Source of the DNA: Eubacteriales bacterium
GTDB taxonomy: Bacteria > Bacillota > Clostridia > Oscillospirales > CAG-272
NCBI GenBank assembly: GCA_045546615.1
Contig: JAZQDD010000038.1
Span: 2,868 to 66,867 of the forward strand
Direction of reading: 5' to 3'
DNA: 64,000 nucleotides
Position 1 is the first letter of the stretch; each line of letters opens with the position of its first letter. The notes below the pieces were generated by a model. The model saw nothing but the letters and a program-made list of their open reading frames with translations, did no database searches and was not told where the DNA came from. Made by a program: the position numbers and the translations under genes. This document shows positions 59,533-64,000 of the stretch, piece after piece.

Positions 59533-60858
59533 TTAACCGAAAATACCCTTGGACTTGGATCCGCCGTAGCTGCGGAGAGCCACCTGAGCCTCAAGATCTC
59601 TGTGCGTTTCAAGAGCAACACCTACAACGATGAGGAGCGAGTTACCGCCGAAGGCAAGGCCTGCGAAGGTAGTTCCAAGCGCGGAGGTGATGATGTTGAT
59701 GAGCATCGGGAAACCTGCGATGAAGCAAAGGAAGATAGCACCGATAAGGGTGATCCTGTTGAGTATTTTCTTGATATACTGAACGGTAGGTCTACCCGAA
59801 CGAATACCGGGGATAGAGCCGCCGTTCTTCTGAATGTTATTTGCAACCTCTACGGGGTTGAAGGAAATCATCACGTAGAAGTAAGCAAAGAGAACGATCA
59901 GAACGAGATAAAGAACAAAGTAGAGCCAACCATCGAAGTTGAATACGCTGGTAACGCTCTTCCAGAAATTGCTGTTCGGGAAGAAGCTTGCGATGGTAGC
60001 GGGGATGGAAACGATGGAGCTTGCGAAGATAACAGGCATAACACCCGTCATATTCAGCTTAATGGGAAGATTGGAGGACTGACCTCCATACATCTTGCGA
60101 CCAACAACTCTCTTTGCATACTGGATCGGAATACGTCTCTCGGATTCGGTAAACCAAACAACGAGAACAACGATAGCGAGAGTAATAACAACAGATACGA
60201 TAGCAAGGATAAGTCCCGTCCACTTGAACGAAGCGAGGTTCATGGTGGGGAATACCATAGCAATGATCTGTCCTACGAGAGCAGGACCGCGAGAGATGAT
60301 GTTAGCAAAGAGGATCATGGAGATACCGTTGCCGATACCAAAATCATTGATCTTCTCAGCAAGCCACATGATTACCGAAGAGCCTGCGCAGTAGCAGAGT
60401 ACGATAACGAGCTTGCCAAACCAGTTGACTCCCTCGGACAGCCAGCCATAATAATCCATATACTGCATATAGCCGTAAGCCGTAATAAGAGAAAGTAAAA
60501 CGGTTGCGTAACGGGTGATAGCGGTGATCTTTCTTCTACCCTCCTCGCCTTCCTTAGACATACGCTCAAGCGCAGGAATGGCAACGGTGAGAAGCTGAAT
60601 GATGATCTGTGCGGTAATGTAGGGCGATACGGAAAGAGCAAACAGAGTTGCCTGACCAAATGCACCACCGGAAAGAATGTTCATATAAGCGAAGATAGAC
60701 CCCTCAGTCTGAGCTGTAAAGCTCTCAAGAGCCGCTGCACTTATATAAGGTACGGGAATCTGCGCGCCTAAACGGTAGATAAACAGAATGAGCAAGGTGA
60801 AGAGAATCTTCGAACGAAGCTCGGTTACCTTCCAGGCGTTTCTGAAGGTCGCAAACAT
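59533..60858 (-). CDS. secY: preprotein translocase subunit SecY
   Basis: 441 aa; 10-TM profile; LFALSVSPYITAQIIIQLL. Confidence 0.97.
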   Translation of the reverse strand: MFATFRNAWKVTELRSKILFTLLILFIYRLGAQIPVPYISAAALESFTAQTEGSIFAYMNILSGGAFGQATLFALSVSPYITAQIIIQLLTVAIPALERMSKEGEEGRRKITAITRYATVLLSLITAYGYMQYMDYYGWLSEGVNWFGKLVIVLCYCAGSSVIMWLAEKINDFGIGNGISMILFANIISRGPALVGQIIAMVFPTMNLASFKWTGLILAIVSVVITLAIVVLVVWFTESERRIPIQYAKRVVGRKMYGGQSSNLPIKLNMTGVMPVIFASSIVSIPATIASFFPNSNFWKSVTSVFNFDGWLYFVLYLVLIVLFAYFYVMISFNPVEVANNIQKNGGSIPGIRSGRPTVQYIKKILNRITLIGAIFLCFIAGFPMLINIITSALGTTFAGLAFGGNSLLIVVGVALETHRDLEAQVALRSYGGSKSKGIFG

Positions 60859-60860
60859 CC

Positions 60861-61304
60861 TTATACCTCCTCTACGCTTCCGCCTGCCGCCTCGATTTTT
60901 TCCTTAGCGGCTGCCGAGAACTTTGCCGCCTTTACGGTGAGCTTCTTCTGAAGCTCGCCATTTCCGAGAACCTTGAGTCCGTCAAGTTCCTTGCGAACGA
61001 TGCGGGCATCAAGGAGAGCTGCGAGATCGACGACGGCGCCGTTCTCGAAGCGATTGAGATCGCTTACGTTTACAGTTGCGTAAACAGTTGCAAATCTCTG
61101 GTTGTTAAAGCCTCTCTTGGGAAGCTGTCTGTAAATGGGGAACTGACCGCCCTCAAAACCGGGACGTACACCGCCGCCGGAGCGAGCGTTCTGACCCTTG
61201 TGGCCCTTGCCGGCAGTCTTACCGTTACCGGATGCAGGTCCTCTTCCCTTACGGAAACCGGACTTTACAGCACCGGGAGCGGGGCTGAGTTCATAAAGTT
61301 TCAT
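60861..61304 (-). CDS. rplO: 50S ribosomal protein L15
   Basis: 147 aa; [35 protein letters not shown]. Confidence 0.97.
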   Translation of the reverse strand: MKLYELSPAPGAVKSGFRKGRGPASGNGKTAGKGHKGQNARSGGGVRPGFEGGQFPIYRQLPKRGFNNQRFATVYATVNVSDLNRFENGAVVDLAALLDARIVRKELDGLKVLGNGELQKKLTVKAAKFSAAAKEKIEAAGGSVEEV

Positions 61305-61489
61305 TATGCTTCCTCCTTAACGTCTTCTACCTTAACAAGGTGAGAAAGTACTTTTACCTTTCCGTCGAGAACAGGGCCGTCAGCATGAATGATGCTGTCA
61401 CCGATCTTGCGCAGACCGAGGGATGCAGCGGTGTCTCTCTGGTTGGGCTTGGAGCAGATAAGGGATCTTGTAAGAGTTACTTTCTTCAT
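61304..61489 (-). CDS. rpmD: 50S ribosomal protein L30
   Basis: 61 aa; [28 protein letters not shown]. Confidence 0.93.
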   Translation of the reverse strand: MKKVTLTRSLICSKPNQRDTAASLGLRKIGDSIIHADGPVLDGKVKVLSHLVKVEDVKEEA

Positions 61490-62004
61490 TTCTGTACTCC
61501 TCCCTTAACGTCGTCAACAGTGATGCCGCGGGTTGCTGCGACCTCCTCTGCGGTACGAAGCTGCATAAGTCCCTCCATCGTTGCCTTTACGACGTTGATG
61601 GGGTTGTTGGAACGCAGGCACTTTGCACGAATGTTGCTGATACCTGCAGCCTCAAGTACCATTCTGACCTTGTTACCGGCGATGATACCGGTACCGGGGG
61701 CAGCGGGCTTGAGAAGTACTTTGCCTGCGCCAAATACGCCGACTACTTCGTGAGGAATGGTAGTTCCCTTGATGGAAACGTTGACCATATTCTTCTTTGC
61801 GTCCTCAATTCCCTTGCGGATAGCCTCGGGAACTTCGACAGCCTTTCCAAGTCCTACGCCTACGCGGCCGTGTCCGTCGCCAACTACCATGATAGCTGCA
61901 AAACGAGCTACGCGTCCACCTTTAACGGTCTTGGAAACACGGTTCAGGGCAACGAGGTGCTCGGAAAATTCCTTCTCCTCGATATTGTTGTTTCTGAATG
62001 CCAT
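61486..62004 (-). CDS. rpsE: 30S ribosomal protein S5
   Basis: 172 aa; [32 protein letters not shown]. Confidence 0.98.
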   Translation of the reverse strand: MAFRNNNIEEKEFSEHLVALNRVSKTVKGGRVARFAAIMVVGDGHGRVGVGLGKAVEVPEAIRKGIEDAKKNMVNVSIKGTTIPHEVVGVFGAGKVLLKPAAPGTGIIAGNKVRMVLEAAGISNIRAKCLRSNNPINVVKATMEGLMQLRTAEEVAATRGITVDDVKGGVQK

Positions 62005-62057
62005 TTTAATCTCCTTGAATGTTCAAATAAATAGTTGAACAGTGTACAAACCGGAAA

Positions 62058-62414
62058 TCAGAACTTCAGGCCGCCCTCGCGAGCGCCTTCAGCCAGTTCC
62101 GATACACGTCCGTGATAAAGATACCCGCCGCGGTCGAATACGACTTCGGTGATACCCTTTTCATTTGCTCTTTCGGCAACGAGCTTGCCGACCTTCTTGG
62201 CAGCTTCCTTGTTGCCGCCAACTTCAAATTCCTTCTCGTAAGAAGAAGCAGAGACGAGTGTTACGCCCTTAACATCGTCAATGAGCTGGGCGCTGATATT
62301 GTTAGTAGAACGATACACGGCAAGGCGGGGGCGCTCTGCGGTGCCCGATACCTTTGCTCTGACTCTGATGTGTCTCTTAAGACGTGCAGCGTTTTTATCC
62401 TTCTTAGATACCAT
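62058..62414 (-). CDS. rplR: 50S ribosomal protein L18
   Basis: 118 aa; [33 protein letters not shown]. Confidence 0.97.
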   Translation of the reverse strand: MVSKKDKNAARLKRHIRVRAKVSGTAERPRLAVYRSTNNISAQLIDDVKGVTLVSASSYEKEFEVGGNKEAAKKVGKLVAERANEKGITEVVFDRGGYLYHGRVSELAEGAREGGLKF

Positions 62415-62432
62415 TTGTCCTTACTCCTTTCA

Positions 62433-63005
62433 TTACTTAGACTTACCGGCTTTACCGGCCTTGCGACGGATATTTTCGCCCTGATAGCGAATACCCTTTG
62501 CGTGGTAGGGCTCAGGAGGTCTCTTACCGCGGATAACGGCTGCTACCTGACCAACCTGCTGCTTGCTGATACCCTTGATAGTGATCGTGGGGGGAACAAC
62601 CTTTTCAGCAACTTCGAAGGTGATTCCTTCGGGTTCGGCGATAGCGAACTTGTCCTGAGGCATACCGTTAACGAGGGAGTGACCAACGTAAAGAAGGAGC
62701 TTATTGCCCTGCTTAGTTGCTCTGTAACCTGTACCGTGGATCTCAAGAACCTTGGTATAACCCTGTGTAACACCTACTACCATATTGTTGATGAGAGCGC
62801 GGGTGAGGCCGTGGAGGCTTCTGTCTTCCTTCTCATCGGTGGGACGCTCAACGGTAAGTACGCCTGCGTCGACCTTAACGTTCATACGGGGGCTGATCTT
62901 CTCAGTGAGAGTACCGAGCTTACCCTTAACAGTAATAATACCGTTATCTACCTTAACCTCTACACCTGCGGGCAGAGTAATGGGCATTCTTCCTATTCTT
63001 GACAT
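62433..63005 (-). CDS. rplF: 50S ribosomal protein L6
   Basis: 190 aa; MSRIGRMPITLPAGVEV, PEPYHAKGIRY. Confidence 0.97.
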   Translation of the reverse strand: MSRIGRMPITLPAGVEVKVDNGIITVKGKLGTLTEKISPRMNVKVDAGVLTVERPTDEKEDRSLHGLTRALINNMVVGVTQGYTKVLEIHGTGYRATKQGNKLLLYVGHSLVNGMPQDKFAIAEPEGITFEVAEKVVPPTITIKGISKQQVGQVAAVIRGKRPPEPYHAKGIRYQGENIRRKAGKAGKSK

Positions 63006-63018
63006 AGCTTAGCCCTCC

Positions 63019-63417
63019 TTACCATACGAATGCGAGCACTTCGCCGCCAACCTTCTCTTTACGAGCCTGCTTGTCGGTCATGATGCCCTTAGAGGTGGAT
63101 ACGATAGCGATACCAAGTCCATTCATTACGCGGGGCATATCCTCGCAACCTGCGTAAATACGCAGACCGGGCTTGGAAACTCTGCGGATACCGCGGAGAA
63201 CCTTCTGCTTCTTACCCGTGTACTTAAGAGTAACGCGGATAACGCCCTGCTTGCCGTCCTCGATCACCTCGTAGCCGGAAACATAACCCTCAGCGGTGAG
63301 GATCTCTGCGATGGACTTCTTCATGTTGGATGCCGGAATGTCAACAGTAGAATGCTTTGCATCGTTAGCATTTCTGATTCTGGTGAGCATATCGGCGATT
63401 ACGTCTGACATTTGCAT
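63019..63417 (-). CDS. rpsH: 30S ribosomal protein S8
   Basis: 132 aa; [28 protein letters not shown]. Confidence 0.98.
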   Translation of the reverse strand: MQMSDVIADMLTRIRNANDAKHSTVDIPASNMKKSIAEILTAEGYVSGYEVIEDGKQGVIRVTLKYTGKKQKVLRGIRRVSKPGLRIYAGCEDMPRVMNGLGIAIVSTSKGIMTDKQARKEKVGGEVLAFVW

Positions 63418-63540
63418 TTTGTTTTTTCCTCCATATGCAAGTTTAAATTATCTTGCTGCCGTTCGCTGACGGCGGCATATCGGCGGTTAAATCGGGCCTT
63501 GGCTTGATTTCCTGCCGATAGTGGGGTTTTGGTTAAAAAA

Positions 63541-63726
63541 TTACCAGGAAGCCTTTCTTACTCCGGGGATCTCGCCCTTGTAAGCGAGATTACGGAAGCA
63601 GATACGGCAGATGCCGTATTTGCGAAGGTAAGCGTGGGGACGTCCGCAGATCTTGCAACGGTTGTACGCACGAGTGGAATACTTGGCGGGAGCCTGCTGC
63701 TTGTTGATCATTGATTTCTTTGCCAT
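63541..63726 (-). CDS. rpsZ: 30S ribosomal protein S14 type Z (zinc-binding)
   Basis: 61 aa; [22 protein letters not shown]. Confidence 0.97.
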   Translation of the reverse strand: MAKKSMINKQQAPAKYSTRAYNRCKICGRPHAYLRKYGICRICFRNLAYKGEIPGVRKASW

Positions 63727-63743
63727 TTTAACTTACCTCCTTA

Positions 63744-64000
63744 TCAGTTCTGTGCGAAGGGAGCGCCGAGAGCCTTGAGGAGCTCGCGAGCCTCTTCATC
63801 AGTGTTGGCTGTGGTAACGAAGCAGATATCCATTCCGCGGATCTTGTCGATCTTGTCATACTCGATCTCGGGGAATATGAGCTGCTCCTTAAGTCCGAGG
63901 GCGTAGTTTCCTCTGCCGTCGAACGCGTTGGGGTTAATACCCTTGAAGTCACGTACGCGGGGGAGAGCGAAGTTGAAGAGCTTATCTACAAACTCATACA
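63744..64000 (-). CDS. rplE: 50S ribosomal protein L5, C-terminal part (5' end beyond window)
   Basis: Own minus-strand translation ends ...[35 protein letters not shown], then TGA at 63744-63746. The ORF-track entry 63728..63952 is in a different frame and is spurious. Confidence 0.9.
   Translation of the reverse strand, partial: YEFVDKLFNFALPRVRDFKGINPNAFDGRGNYALGLKEQLIFPEIEYDKIDKIRGMDICFVTTANTDEEARELLKALGAPFAQN

Noticed and set aside
63728-63952. ORF-track entry of 74 aa ([15 protein letters not shown]...).
   Set aside because: Wrong frame. The same region in another minus-strand frame encodes the conserved C-terminus of ribosomal protein L5.

Overview
This 64 kb window is core chromosome from a Gram-positive, endospore-forming Firmicute. 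It looks clostridial, inferred from sigG, a CwlD-like amidase, the hrcA/CIRCE heat-shock operon and glgD. I call 69 protein genes (two cut by the window edges) and one tRNA-Lys; about 80% lie on the minus strand.

Main blocks:
- rlmD, phosphoesterase, nif3, trmK (1-2630)
- prfB (3087-4196)
- a repeat-rich lipoprotein DD-carboxypeptidase (6891-8966)
- hpf and ligA
- rsmI, asd and an EFR1-like ferredoxin
- a seven-gene glycogen operon: glgB, glgC, glgD, glgA, glgP, a GH13 gene and a small ORF (15584-26151)
- sigG
- lnt-like gene, rluD-like gene, upp
- mtaB, rpmB
- dnaG-sigA
- hflX-yigZ
- rpmE, rplS
- metY-metA
- hrcA, grpE, dnaK, dnaJ, prmA, with a CIRCE operator
- murE, then a DUF3343 gene and a cysteine desulfurase
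- the distal spc/alpha ribosomal operons, rplE through rplQ (54635-64000)

I found no transposase, integrase, phage gene, CRISPR array, toxin-antitoxin pair or recognisable defence island. I cannot support a claim that a novel multi-gene system is present.

The items most worth a second look:
1. A lipoprotein with about 10 Cys3-His mini-domain repeats, three of them near-identical 123-bp tandem copies, fused to an S11 DD-carboxypeptidase.
2. Unusually long, structured spacers inside the ribosomal operons (rpsZ-rpsH and rpsK-rpsD) and a structured rplS leader. These are candidate r-protein autoregulatory RNAs.
3. An RF2 with no programmed frameshift and SPY in place of the canonical SPF tripeptide.
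4. A palindrome-rich convergent intergenic region at 11894-12044.
5. Very long ORFs antisense to highly expressed genes. I attribute these to avoidance of TTA/CTA/TCA codons, not to coding.

All functional calls rest on my reading of the translated ORFs and recalled family motifs. No database search was run.
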